Assembly: GCA_963808625.1 (NCBI GenBank)
Contig: CAWEHK010000025.1
Location: 86,048 to 150,047, forward strand
DNA length: 64,000 nucleotides
Origin: an uncultured delta proteobacterium
GTDB taxonomy: Bacteria; Desulfobacterota; Syntrophobacteria; Syntrophobacterales; Syntrophobacteraceae
Direction: 5' to 3'
Shown: positions 1 through 9,164 of the stretch, in pieces
Position numbering within the stretch: position 1 is the first letter of the stretch
Layout: every line of letters begins with the position of its first letter
Translations under genes and position numbers: made by a program
The notes under the pieces: model-generated
Databases searched by the model: none
What the model was told of the DNA's origin: nothing
What the model saw: only the letters and a program-made list of their open reading frames with translations

Positions 1-310
1 TCTCCCAGCCGTCGCCTTAAAGTCATGCTTTATTGCCGTTCCGGGACCTTCATAATGATGCTCAAATGCTCCAACAGCGCCAGGGAAGCTTTATCATGGG
101 CATTCGAATTCAGTCCCCCAGCCTCACCGTCGTGGTTGACGATTCGCAAAGCCATGGAAGACTCCAAAAGGCCGCCCCCTGGCCGCACCGTCACGGTTCA
201 CGATCAAATGAATCAATGGAAAGCAATCGGTCCGGAGCTTGTCCTGCTCCCTGGTTGTTCAGCGGCATAATAAGGAAATCCAATACGAGGAAGGGAAAGG
301 AGCTTGACCA

Positions 311-2932
311 ATGAGCCCAACGGATGATCTGAAATGGCTTCGTGGAGGACGTCGTTTGATCCGGATGCTGGCTTCCGCCGGCTTGTTCTTCCTCCTGCTT
401 CTAGCGGCGGGGTCGGGACCTCGGGCCGAAGGAACGGGCGCCGATGCCTTCCTTCGGTTTACGGCCGGCGGTCATGTTCTGGGCTTCGGGAAAAGCGCCC
501 TGTACGTTGCCTCAGCCAACCACATGGTAAAGGTCGATTTGGCTGGAGGACGCGCGGTGGCGCCAGCCATGGAAGAAGGCGCGGTGTCAGGGGCGGGAGG
601 CGCTTCCGGCAAGGCGCCGCCCCTCAGCCGGGTTGCCTACTCGGAGGTATGGGATGGGGTAACGGTGATTTATGAAAAGCAGGACGACGCCATCTTGGAG
701 AGCTCCTATGAGATAAAGGCGGGCGCAGGGAGAAAGGCTCTCGAACAAATCCGCCTGCACTACAACCGGCCGGTGCGTCTTGATGAGCAAGGCGATCTGA
801 TCATCCCCTGCAAAACCGGAGCGATGCGCGAACGCGCGCCAGTAGCGTGGCAGGAGACCGGCAGCGGGAGAAAGTACGTGACCGCGGCGTATCGCCTCAT
901 GAGCGAGCATGAGGTCGGGTTCGAGGTGGGTGACTACGAGGGTGGGCTTCCCCTCATGATCGACCCGACCATGACCTGGAACACCTTTCTCGGCGGCAAT
1001 GATACGGATCAAGGCTATGGCATCGCTGTGGATGGAACTGGCAATGTCTACGTAGTAGGGGACAGTAATGACACCTGGGGCTCGCCTGTGCGCGCTTTTC
1101 AGGGTAACGGTGACGCCTTTGTGACGAAGCTTGACAGCAGTGGCAATCTTCTCTGGAGCACCTTCCTGGGCGGCGACGACTTCGATGAAGGCTTCGGCAT
1201 TGCCGTGGATGGCAACCTGACCGCGAATGTTTACGTGACAGGATATAGTTGGGCCGGTTGGGGCGAGCCCGTGCAGGGATTTTCTGATTACAGCAACGCC
1301 TTTGCGGCGAGGCTCGCGAGCAATGGTGCGGTTGTCTGGAATACCTTTCTGGGCGGCGGCGAAGCAACAACCTATGGCCAAGCCATTGCTGTGGACAGTA
1401 ATGCGACTGCGAATGTCTACGTGACCGGCTGGAGCGATGCCTCATGGGGTCCTTCGCCAGTCAGGCCTTACACAGGTTTGGATGATGCCTTTGCGGCCAG
1501 GCTCGGAAGTACTGGTGGGCTTGTCTGGAACACTTTTCTGGGGGGCAGCGGACAGGATGCCGGCTATGGCATTGCTGTGGATCAAAATGGCAACGTCTAC
1601 GTAGCAGGGGACAGCAATACCACGTGGAGCGAGGTACCGGTTCGACCATTTTCCGCCGGCGCGGACGCCTTTGCGGCGAAGCTTGACAGCAGCGGCAGTC
1701 TTACCTGGTATACCTTCCTGGGCGGGAGTGGCGAGGATCACGGAACCGTCATTGCGGTGGATGGCAATGCGACGGCAAACGCCTACGTGGCCGGATTCAG
1801 CTATGCTTCCTGGGGCTCGCCCGTCAATGCCTACTCGGGGGATGTAGATGCTTTTGCGGCCAGGCTTTCGAGCAATGGCGGGCTCCTTTGGAACAGCTTC
1901 CTGGGGAGCGAGAGCTATGATGACGGCCTTGGCATTGCCGTGGATAGAGACGGAAGTGTGCTTGTGACGGGTACCAGTACCGCCTCGTGGGGCTCGCCCC
2001 TGAGGGCGTTCTCGAATGCCGACAATCCCTCCGCCCACGATGCTTTTGTGGCAAAACTGAGTAGCAGTGGTTGGCTGACCTGGAATACCTTCCTCGGCGG
2101 CGAGCTGGCAACTACGTATGGCACGGCTGTAACCGTGGACACGATTACAAATGTCTACGTGACAGGTTATAGTGATTACACTTGGGGCTCGCCGGTGAGG
2201 GCACATTACCCATACGACCCGAACTCCAGCACCCTTGATGACGCCTTCGTCGCCAAGCTCCCGTCCACACCAACCCTGGTCGAGGTGGTTTCATTTCGTG
2301 CCAAAGCCGGAAGGGATTACATCGAGCTCACCTGGGAAACGGCTTCCGAGGTCCGGAACGTCGGCTTTTTCCTGTGGCGAAAAGGGAGCGGGGAGCGCTC
2401 CTCCGCCCGCATCAGCGGGTTCATTCCGTCCGAGAGCTTGTTTACCCTGGGCGCGAAGTATACCTATAAGGACATCGATGTGTTGCCGGGTGTCACCTAC
2501 CGATACCGCCTGGAGGATGTCGATATCCACGACGGGAGAAGCTTTCACGGCCCGGTGGCGGCAACCATCGGCGATATCGTCACGGTCGCCCCGAAGCAGG
2601 GGAAAAAGGTCCCGGTTCGACCACGTCCTCGTTTCAGGTGGACCAGCGAGTACTTCGACCGGTTCCGGCTGGAGTTCTCGGCAAGCCCCGGTTTTGAGTC
2701 AAAACAGGTGGTCGCCATCCCTCTGCCGAAAACTGGAGTAGCTGCCGCAAAGACCCCGTGGCTCACGGCCCAGTCCTACACGCCTTTGGCTCGGGAATGG
2801 AAAGCGATCAACCGGCTTGGCTCCGGTGGCGGGCGCGTGTATTGGCGCGTAGAGGGGAAGAACAAACTGGGCGCCACGTTCCGCTCCAAAGCGAGTCATT
2901 TTTCCCTGGACCTCGGGCCTGCGTCCCAATGA
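311..2932 (+). CDS. Secreted SBBP-repeat (beta-propeller) surface protein with a C-terminal PT-x-V-xx-F...W.T..E....GF domain and a basic tail domain
   Basis: Signal-peptide-like N-terminus; about 7 repeats of WNTFLGG..D.G.GIAVD..GNVYV.G.S...WG.P...DAF.AKL; PTLVEVVSFRA...WETASEVRNVGF...Y.Y.D...PGVTYRYRLEDVD domain. Confidence 0.88.
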   Translation: MSPTDDLKWLRGGRRLIRMLASAGLFFLLLLAAGSGPRAEGTGADAFLRFTAGGHVLGFGKSALYVASANHMVKVDLAGGRAVAPAMEEGAVSGAGGASGKAPPLSRVAYSEVWDGVTVIYEKQDDAILESSYEIKAGAGRKALEQIRLHYNRPVRLDEQGDLIIPCKTGAMRERAPVAWQETGSGRKYVTAAYRLMSEHEVGFEVGDYEGGLPLMIDPTMTWNTFLGGNDTDQGYGIAVDGTGNVYVVGDSNDTWGSPVRAFQGNGDAFVTKLDSSGNLLWSTFLGGDDFDEGFGIAVDGNLTANVYVTGYSWAGWGEPVQGFSDYSNAFAARLASNGAVVWNTFLGGGEATTYGQAIAVDSNATANVYVTGWSDASWGPSPVRPYTGLDDAFAARLGSTGGLVWNTFLGGSGQDAGYGIAVDQNGNVYVAGDSNTTWSEVPVRPFSAGADAFAAKLDSSGSLTWYTFLGGSGEDHGTVIAVDGNATANAYVAGFSYASWGSPVNAYSGDVDAFAARLSSNGGLLWNSFLGSESYDDGLGIAVDRDGSVLVTGTSTASWGSPLRAFSNADNPSAHDAFVAKLSSSGWLTWNTFLGGELATTYGTAVTVDTITNVYVTGYSDYTWGSPVRAHYPYDPNSSTLDDAFVAKLPSTPTLVEVVSFRAKAGRDYIELTWETASEVRNVGFFLWRKGSGERSSARISGFIPSESLFTLGAKYTYKDIDVLPGVTYRYRLEDVDIHDGRSFHGPVAATIGDIVTVAPKQGKKVPVRPRPRFRWTSEYFDRFRLEFSASPGFESKQVVAIPLPKTGVAAAKTPWLTAQSYTPLAREWKAINRLGSGGGRVYWRVEGKNKLGATFRSKASHFSLDLGPASQ

Positions 2933-2960
2933 GAATCCAGCCGTGGTGATATGGTTGCCG

Positions 2961-3059
2961 GTGCCGGCGGCAATGAGGACTCACGCTTCCTCGGGCAAAC
3001 CCCGGTTCCTGCTGGATATTTGCAGCATCCCTGGTGATCCGGCCTTGACGATGAAATAG
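2961..3059 (+). pseudogene. Relic of the extreme C-terminus of a C25 (gingipain-like) peptidase
   Basis: Translates VPAAMRTHASSGKPRFLLDICSIPGDPALTMK*, which aligns without gaps to [29 protein letters not shown] at the end of the C25 domain at 10778. Confidence 0.75.
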
Positions 3060-3387
3060 AGGGGCGGAAATCAGATTTTCCTATTGCTTTCAGGCGCATA
3101 ATATTGTTATACGTAATCGTTGTTATGTAAATGAATCGGGGGTCGTCACAAACCAACCTCTTGCGCTAACGAAGAATTGTAAACACATAAATTCAATCAC
3201 TTATGACAGCGTCCCGGGGTGACGACCCTTGCGTTTGCGTCACATTGTTCGAGAACTGCTGCCGACGGTGCCGTAGCAAGGTCGGGGTTTATTTTCATCC
3301 CTCAGGGTGAACCGTGCTCCCCGTTCATGCCTGTTAAGCCTGGCACAGCGCCGCATAGAAGCGTGTCCAGGTTCCGTGCTTAGATGC

Positions 3388-3552
3388 GTAGGTTGGGTTT
3401 CGTTCCGTTGCGAAACACGCAGATAGTTTTGAATGTCCCGGGGAACGAAACCCAACAAGGGCCGACCAACTGAAGCGGAATGTTGGGTTTCCTTCCTGAT
3501 CAGTCACGGCATTGTGAACCGCAATCATGGTGAGGAACGAAACCCAACCTGC
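3388..3552. repeat. GTAG-type REP pair (two long hairpins, BIME-like)
   Basis: GTAGGTTGGGTTTCGTTCC...GGAACGAAACCCAAC, then GTTGGGTTTCCTTCC...GGAACGAAACCCAACCTGC. Confidence 0.75.
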
Positions 3553-3608
3553 GAGGCTGTTGAACGTGGTATTGTCTTTCCCCCTGAGATGAGTTTTGAG
3601 AGGCAGCA

Positions 3609-3896
3609 ATGAGCTTGGCGGCACAACCTATCCCCAATCCGGCAGTGCTTTTTCGAGAGGTACCCATGGATGAGTGGGCCGTCCTGTTCAATCCGGAGAA
3701 CTTCTGTGCGATGTCCCTCAATGCCACCGGCGTGGTCGTGTGGAAATTGATCGACGGGCGGCGCACGATCGCGGAGATCGTCGCGGGGGTGAAAGCCCAT
3801 TTCAAGGACGTGCCGGACACGGTAACCGACGATATCGCCGCCCTGCTGAAAGTACTGAGTGGCGACGGTTACGTGGGGTATGAGGTAACCGCATGA
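3609..3896 (+). CDS. PqqD-family RiPP recognition element (ScmD-like)
   Basis: P.PNP.V.FRE..DEWAVLFNP......LNATGVVVWKLIDG.RT...I....F pattern; GAGG RBS. Confidence 0.88.
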   Translation: MSLAAQPIPNPAVLFREVPMDEWAVLFNPENFCAMSLNATGVVVWKLIDGRRTIAEIVAGVKAHFKDVPDTVTDDIAALLKVLSGDGYVGYEVTA

Positions 3897-4180
3897 AGAC
3901 AAGACAGTATGTGGCCAATCCGGTCGTCTCCTGCCGTGAGGAGGAAGGGGGCGCTGTGCTCTTCAATCCCGATACCGACGATATGGTCATCATCAACCCC
4001 ACCGGCCGGGTGATCTGGGACTTTCTCGCGACCCCTCGCAATACGGTGCAGGTAGCGGCTCACGTCGTAGAAAAGTTCCAGGGGGTTTCCCCCGAGCAGG
4101 CGGCGACCGATGCCGAAGCTTTCCTTCAGTCCCTGCTGCCGGACTTTATTCTGGAAGCGGAGGGGACTGATGAAGCCTGA
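3893..4180 (+). CDS. Second PqqD-family RiPP recognition element
   Basis: ANPVVSCREEEGGAVLFNPDT....INPTGRVIW; 4-nt overlap with the upstream gene (translational coupling). Confidence 0.88.
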   Translation: MKTRQYVANPVVSCREEEGGAVLFNPDTDDMVIINPTGRVIWDFLATPRNTVQVAAHVVEKFQGVSPEQAATDAEAFLQSLLPDFILEAEGTDEA

Positions 4181-5312
4181 GTCGATGGCGGCCATGGACC
4201 TGACCGTCCCACCCAAGGGTGTGCCCCCGGCCCCGAGAACGGTCGACCTGTCTCTTACGGGTCGCTGCAACTTGCAATGCCGCTATTGTTTTTTCGCGGA
4301 CTCGATGGCTGCGCTCACCGATCTCCCAACGGTGTCATGGCTCTCTTTCTTTGAGGAGCTTGGTGAGCTGGCGGTGCTGCGGGTGACCCTCTCCGGCGGG
4401 GAGGTCTTCACTCGCCCCGACTTGTTTCAATTGCTTGACGGCATCATCGCCGCCAGGATGCGCTATAGCCTGCTCTCCAACGGCACCCTCATCACCGAGC
4501 AGGTGATCCGCCGTTTTGAGGAAGGCAAGCGCCGTTTGCGCCTGGATTCCATCCAAATCTCCATCGATGGTTCCTGTGCCGAGGTCCACAACCGCAGTCG
4601 TCCGCCGGACAGCTTCGACCGCGCCCTGAATGGGCTCAAGCTGCTCAAGGCGAACGGCTTTCCGGTGACGGTCCGGGTTACGGTGAACCGGCATAACCTC
4701 GACGACCTGGAAAACATTGCCCGTTTGCTGCTGGAAGATATTGGCCTGAGCGGGTTCGGTACCAATGAAGTTGAATTCATGGGCGCCGCCCGCTGCCACG
4801 GCCAGGAAGTGGTGCTGACGCCGGGAGAGCGCCGGCAGGCCATGGCTGCCCTGGTCGCCCTGAACGAGAAATATGAGGGCCGCATCAGCGCCAATGCCGG
4901 GCCCCTCGCCGCGGCAAAGTCATTCTCGGACATCGAAGCCAGGCTGGCCCAGGGGGAGACGCACATGCCGGGTCGGGGGACCCTCTGCTCATGCGGCGGG
5001 GTCTTCAGCAAGATGGCAGTCCTCCACGACGGCGCGATGGTCCCCTGCGACATGCTCCCCACTCTGGTCATGGGCAGGGCGGGCAAAGATCCCTTGCGCG
5101 ATGCCTGGCTCCATCACCCGGCCATCAACGCCGTGCGAGCCCGGCGGGAGGTCCCCCTCAGCTCGCTCGCCACCTGCCGGGGCTGCCCTTACACCGGGTT
5201 CTGTGCGGGTGGGTGTCCGGCGTCGGTGATGGCCAAATATAGTCGTCTCGATGCCCGCGACCCCCTTTGCTGCTACCGGATCTACCGGGGAGAAGAGAGG
5301 GTTGATGGTTGA
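4170..5312 (+). CDS. scmE: Radical SAM/SPASM protein, SynChlorMet ScmE-like
   Basis: CNLQCRYC motif, SGGE, SNGTLI, SIDG; SPASM Cys set (CSCG...PCDM...CRGC.....CAGGC...CC); ATG at 4170 after GGAGG. Confidence 0.85.
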   Translation: MKPESMAAMDLTVPPKGVPPAPRTVDLSLTGRCNLQCRYCFFADSMAALTDLPTVSWLSFFEELGELAVLRVTLSGGEVFTRPDLFQLLDGIIAARMRYSLLSNGTLITEQVIRRFEEGKRRLRLDSIQISIDGSCAEVHNRSRPPDSFDRALNGLKLLKANGFPVTVRVTVNRHNLDDLENIARLLLEDIGLSGFGTNEVEFMGAARCHGQEVVLTPGERRQAMAALVALNEKYEGRISANAGPLAAAKSFSDIEARLAQGETHMPGRGTLCSCGGVFSKMAVLHDGAMVPCDMLPTLVMGRAGKDPLRDAWLHHPAINAVRARREVPLSSLATCRGCPYTGFCAGGCPASVMAKYSRLDARDPLCCYRIYRGEERVDG

Positions 5313-5356
5313 TAGTTGATGGTTGATAGTTGAGGGTTGAGGGTTGATGGTTGATA
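5300..5356. repeat. Heptamer microsatellite (GGTTGAT-like) overlapping the scmE stop
   Basis: ggttgat ggttgat agttgat ggttgat agttgag ggttgag ggttgat ggttgat. Confidence 0.85.
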
Positions 5357-5380
5357 TGCTCGTTTGGGTTGATAACCTTG

Positions 5381-5545
5381 ATTTTGGCGGACTTGGGAAT
5401 TAACCGCAGAGCACGCTGAGATCGCAGAGAAAGCCAATGATTCTTTCTGTGGCCTCTGTACTACTAAGGTTCAAATTGTTTAAATCTTATCAAGATTTTT
5501 GCTTAACTTTTTGTTTTCTCCGCGTTCTCTGCGTTCTCTGCGGTG
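5381..5545. repeat. Inverted CGCAGAG-nonamer repeat element (empty form)
   Basis: TTAACCGCAGAGCACGCTGAGATCGCAGAG on the left, CTCCGCGTTCTCTGCGTTCTCTGCGGT on the right; flanks homologous to 32920-33325. Confidence 0.8.
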
Positions 5546-5613
5546 GAAGAATAAATATTTGAACCTTTACGAGTATGGTTGATGGATCTACCAGGGAGAA
5601 GAGCTTGAGTTCC

Positions 5614-6783
5614 ATGAGCTTGTGTGATTTTATGGAACCGGATAACGGCCAGAGCGGACCGCTGCCCCAGGATCTGCCCGAGGGCGTGCCGCCGCTTCGA
5701 GCCTTTTACCTTTATCTCTCCACCAGCTGCAACCTGCGCTGTCGCCACTGCTGGATCACCCCGAGCTTTGTCGACGGCATTCCGGCTGGCCGAGGACGTA
5801 ATTCCGGTGGAAGCGCTCCGGGATGCCGTGATCGAGGCCAAACCGCTGGGCCTCTGCCACGCCAAGCTGACTGGCGGGGAACCCCTCCTGCACCCGCGCT
5901 TTGTCGGAATCGTGGACATGCTGACGGCCGAGGGGTTGCAGATGAATATGGAAACCAACGGCACGCTGATGACTGCCGAGCTTGGCCGCCATCTCAAGGA
6001 GAAGACCAACGTCAGCTTCATCTCGATCAGCCTGGATGGGGCCGACGCCAAAACTCACGACCGGTTTCGCGGCGTGGTCGGGGCTTACGATGCGGCGTTG
6101 AGAGGATTGGCGCACCTGACGGATGCTGGATACAGCAACGTTCAGGTGATCATGAGCGTCCATCGCGGCAACCTGGACCAGATCGATGGCCTGGTGCGGC
6201 TGGTGGCGGACCGCGGTGCGGGATCGGTCAAGTTCAACCCGGTTAGCTTTGCCGGGCGGGGAACCACCATGCATGAGCGGGGGGAGACCCTGGACTACGA
6301 GGAGCGGATGGCCCTGGCCGCGGCCGTTCGAGAGGAGTTGCCAGAGACGTTTCTCCATCCCCCTCATCTGCTTTCATCCACCGGCCCAGAAATCCATGCG
6401 GCACCTGTGGGATACCTCGCCGACAGCCCACCGATTGCGGGGTCCGCCACATTCTGGGCATCCTGGGGACGGGGGACATTGCCTTGTGCGGGATCGGCCG
6501 GACCGTCCCCGAGCTGGTCTACGGGCAACTGGGGAAAAACAGCATCCGGGAGATCTGGTTGACACATCCCACGATCCTCGAGCTCCGCCGGCTTCTGGAC
6601 GACTTCAGGAATTTTCCCGGCATATGCGGCCGGTGCATCCATGCCAAAACCTGCCGCACGGGCTGTGTCGCGATGAACTATGTCGACGCTCGGCAACTCG
6701 TCTGGCCGGACCCGCTGTGCCAGGAGTCAGAACGACGAGGGCTGTTTCCGGCCAGCCGGAAAAGGAAATCCGGCGGCCCTTGA
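5614..6783 (+). CDS. scmF: Radical SAM/SPASM protein, SynChlorMet ScmF-like (frameshifted in the assembly)
   Basis: YLYLSTSCNLRCRHCWI; KLTGGEPLLHP; ETNGT; SLDG; C-terminal CGIG...GICGRCIHAKTCRTGC...PLC, spread over three frames. Confidence 0.8.
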
Positions 6784-6854
6784 GCAGCGAACACCTCAAG
6801 GAAAGCACATCATAGCAATCGAGTACACGTGGGCCGAAATAAGTAGCCAGTTCC

Positions 6855-6928
6855 GGTGGGCACGGTGAAGCTGTGCCCACCCTACAGTGTTCCCGGACCC
6901 GTAGGGTGGGCAGGTTTTTTGCCCACCG
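6855..6928. repeat. GTAG-type REP pair
   Basis: CGGTGGGCAC...GTGCCCACCCTAC and GTAGGGTGGGCA...TGCCCACCG in inverted arrangement. Confidence 0.75.
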
Positions 6929-6985
6929 CAAACATGCACGAACTTATACCCATGTGTACTAGAGAGATGAGTGTTCATGAGGGCC

Positions 6986-7001
6986 TGGCATTATTTATGC
7001 A
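6986..7001 (+). promoter_or_regulatory. Putative sigma-54 -24/-12 promoter upstream of the precursor gene
   Basis: TGGCATTATTTATGCA, GG-N10-GC spacing. Confidence 0.55.
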
Positions 7002-7030
7002 TCTCAACAGTCGAAAGTTGCGTTTGTTCT

Positions 7031-7122
7031 ATCATTCTGGATGCCCGCCAGAAGCACGCGGGCATGACGATAGTTGGCCTGTTGCCGCACCGTCATTCCC
7101 GCAGGCTTTTGGCGGGAATCCA
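7031..7122. repeat. GTCATTCCCGC...GCGGGAATCCA REP pair
   Basis: TGGATGCCCGCCAGAAGCACGCGGGCATGAC and GTCATTCCCGCAGGCTTTTGGCGGGAATCCA. Confidence 0.75.
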
Positions 7123-7209
7123 GAAACTGAGACAAATCTAGGATTTCACCCTTAACGAGTATAGAATGATCATTTTCATGTATAATGAACCTTTGCAGGG
7201 AGAAGCGAC

Positions 7210-7449
7210 GTGTTGAAAAATGGAAAGGACGATCTGACGGACCGGCGGCCAACATACGAACCACCACAGGCCTTACGCATGGATGATATCCATGCAGGGG
7301 CAGGTGGGCAGGATTGTACCTCTGGCGCTAGCGCTGGAGGTGCTAACTGCGCTACGGGCGGCGCCGCTATCGGTGGACAGTGTATTAGTCCAGGGACTTC
7401 TGCTGCTACTGGTCAATGTAAATTTGGTGATGGAGCCTCTACATTTTAG
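7210..7449 (+). CDS. Putative RiPP precursor peptide with a YxxP leader and a four-fold Cys/Gly/Ala repeat core
   Basis: RPTYEPPQALRMDD leader; core CTSGASAGGAN-CATGGAAIGGQ-CISPGTSAATGQ-CKFGDGASTF; GGAG RBS; lies among RRE and rSAM genes. Confidence 0.82.
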   Translation: MLKNGKDDLTDRRPTYEPPQALRMDDIHAGAGGQDCTSGASAGGANCATGGAAIGGQCISPGTSAATGQCKFGDGASTF

Positions 7450-7472
7450 GGCGCAAGACTTACGGAGCTTTT

Positions 7473-8440
7473 GTGCCATGGGTGGAGGAACTCGATGAAA
7501 GCAGGGACCGGCGGATGGGGTTCGATTCGTCTCAAAAGAACTTTGGGGTCTTCTCCTGCGGGGGGGTTACTCTGATTCTAACACCATCCTCCACATATAG
7601 CCTTCCCCTTGCTGACGGGACCTGCTGGCTGGTTCGGGCCGGCGTCCCGGAGGCTGAGCACGTGGTGGCCCGTCTTGGAGCGGCTATGGAACTGCCGCCG
7701 GGCGGCGGCTCCGGCCGGGAACTGGTGGTTGGGTTCCACGGCCACCAGGCTTCCTCACCTGCTGCCCTGCGTGCAGCCCAGGGACCATCAGTGTGTCTGG
7801 TGAGCCCTCCCTGCAACGGGGAGAGGTTCGCCTTTCAGGCTATGCAGATATCCATGACCATCGTCAGGGATGCGCAGGTCCGTGGGGGATTGCTCATTCA
7901 CGGCGCGCTGGCCGCGTGGCAGGGGTCCGCTGAAAAGGCCGGCGGAATGGTTTCGGGTGCCATCATGGCGGGGCCGGGTAGCGTCGGGAAGACTACGGCC
8001 AGCAGTCGCCTGTCCGGCCCCTGGCGGTCCCTCAGCGATGACATGACCCTGGTGGTTCGTGACCCTCAAGGCCATTACTGGGCGCATCCCTGGCCCACCT
8101 GGGGGCGGTTTTTGGAAAATGCGGCCGGCGTTTCCTGGCCGGTGCCGCAGGGCCGTGCCCCTGCGGGCCGTTTTTTTCCTTTCCCAATCGCCCAACGACT
8201 CGGTAACCCCACTCAACACCGCCCAAACAATCGCCCTGCTGATCGAATCCGTGCAGCAGGCCTCCTCGCCCATGGTCTGCGCGTTGCCGGAGACCGAGGC
8301 TGCGGCTGTCTATGAGGAACAACTGGCGGCGGCCAGCGAGCTCGCCCGGACCATCCCTGCCTACCGGCTCAGCATAAGCCTGGACGGCGCCTTCTGGAAG
8401 GAAATGGAAAGCGTGCTCGCGGCGGCCCCAGCCCGCCCGG
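7473..8440 (+). CDS. scmC: HprK-like P-loop protein, SynChlorMet ScmC-like (frameshift near 8150; start uncertain)
   Basis: GLLIHGAL, Walker A GPGSVGKTT, LSDD, AHPWPTWG, AVPLRAVFFL.QS, ISLDGAFW. Confidence 0.75.
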
Positions 8441-9128
8441 TTGCATCTCGCCGAGCGTCACCCCCTTCGCCTCGGGTGCGACTGCCCGGAAGGTCCCCCG
8501 CTGCCGGTCGTCTACACCGGTCCCAGCATGAACCCCACCCTGCAGGGAGCCGGACCTGCTGGAGGTGGTCCCTTACGACGGAAGAGCGGTGTGCAAGGGG
8601 GACGTCATCTATTTCCACCCGCCGGGTGGGGGGCTCGCGGTCGTCCACCGGGTCGCGCGGGTCTTGCGGGAAGGCGTCCGCACCCGGGGAGACAACAACC
8701 CGATGGAAGACCCTTATTCTGTGCCTCATTCGGCCATTATCGGGCAGGTCGTAGCCGCGCAGCGGGATGGGCGTCGCCGCCGCGTCGCTGGCGGCTGGCA
8801 AGGCCGGATGCAATACCACCTGGCGAGGCTTGAAGGCACCGCGCTGCGCCTGGGCCAGAGACTCTTGAGCCGGCTGTACCAGGGGCTGGCAAGGTCCGGT
8901 CTCTTTCGCCAGGTCCTCCCCCCGAGGCTCACCCCCCGCCTGGTCGGGTTCGAAACGAGACGCGGCAGGCAGCTCAAGGTGATGATGGGAAGCCGTGCGG
9001 TAGCCCACTACCACCCGCTCGGGAGAGTGTGGCAGGTTCGTCGGCCCTTTCGCCTGTTTGTGGATGAGGCCGTTCTGCCCCGGCCCGAGAGCGAATTCCC
9101 TCAATCAGCCCCAGCGCTGGTGAAATAA
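8441..9128 (+). CDS. S24/S26-family signal-peptidase-like protein, possibly fused to ScmC (frameshifted)
   Basis: YTGPSMNPTL (catalytic Ser), GDVIYF, VVHRV, TRGDNN...D, IIGQV motifs. Confidence 0.75.
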
Positions 9129-9164
9129 CTGCAAGCAGATACCAGAACGCCCTCCATCTTTTTT

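Noticed and set aside
5300..5356. Heptamer tract as a phase-variation switch for scmE
   Set aside because: It lies at and after the stop codon, so length changes would alter only the last residues
3609..9128. PQQ biosynthesis or lasso peptide cluster
   Set aside because: No pqqA/B/C, and no asparagine-synthetase-like cyclase or transglutaminase-like B2 protease
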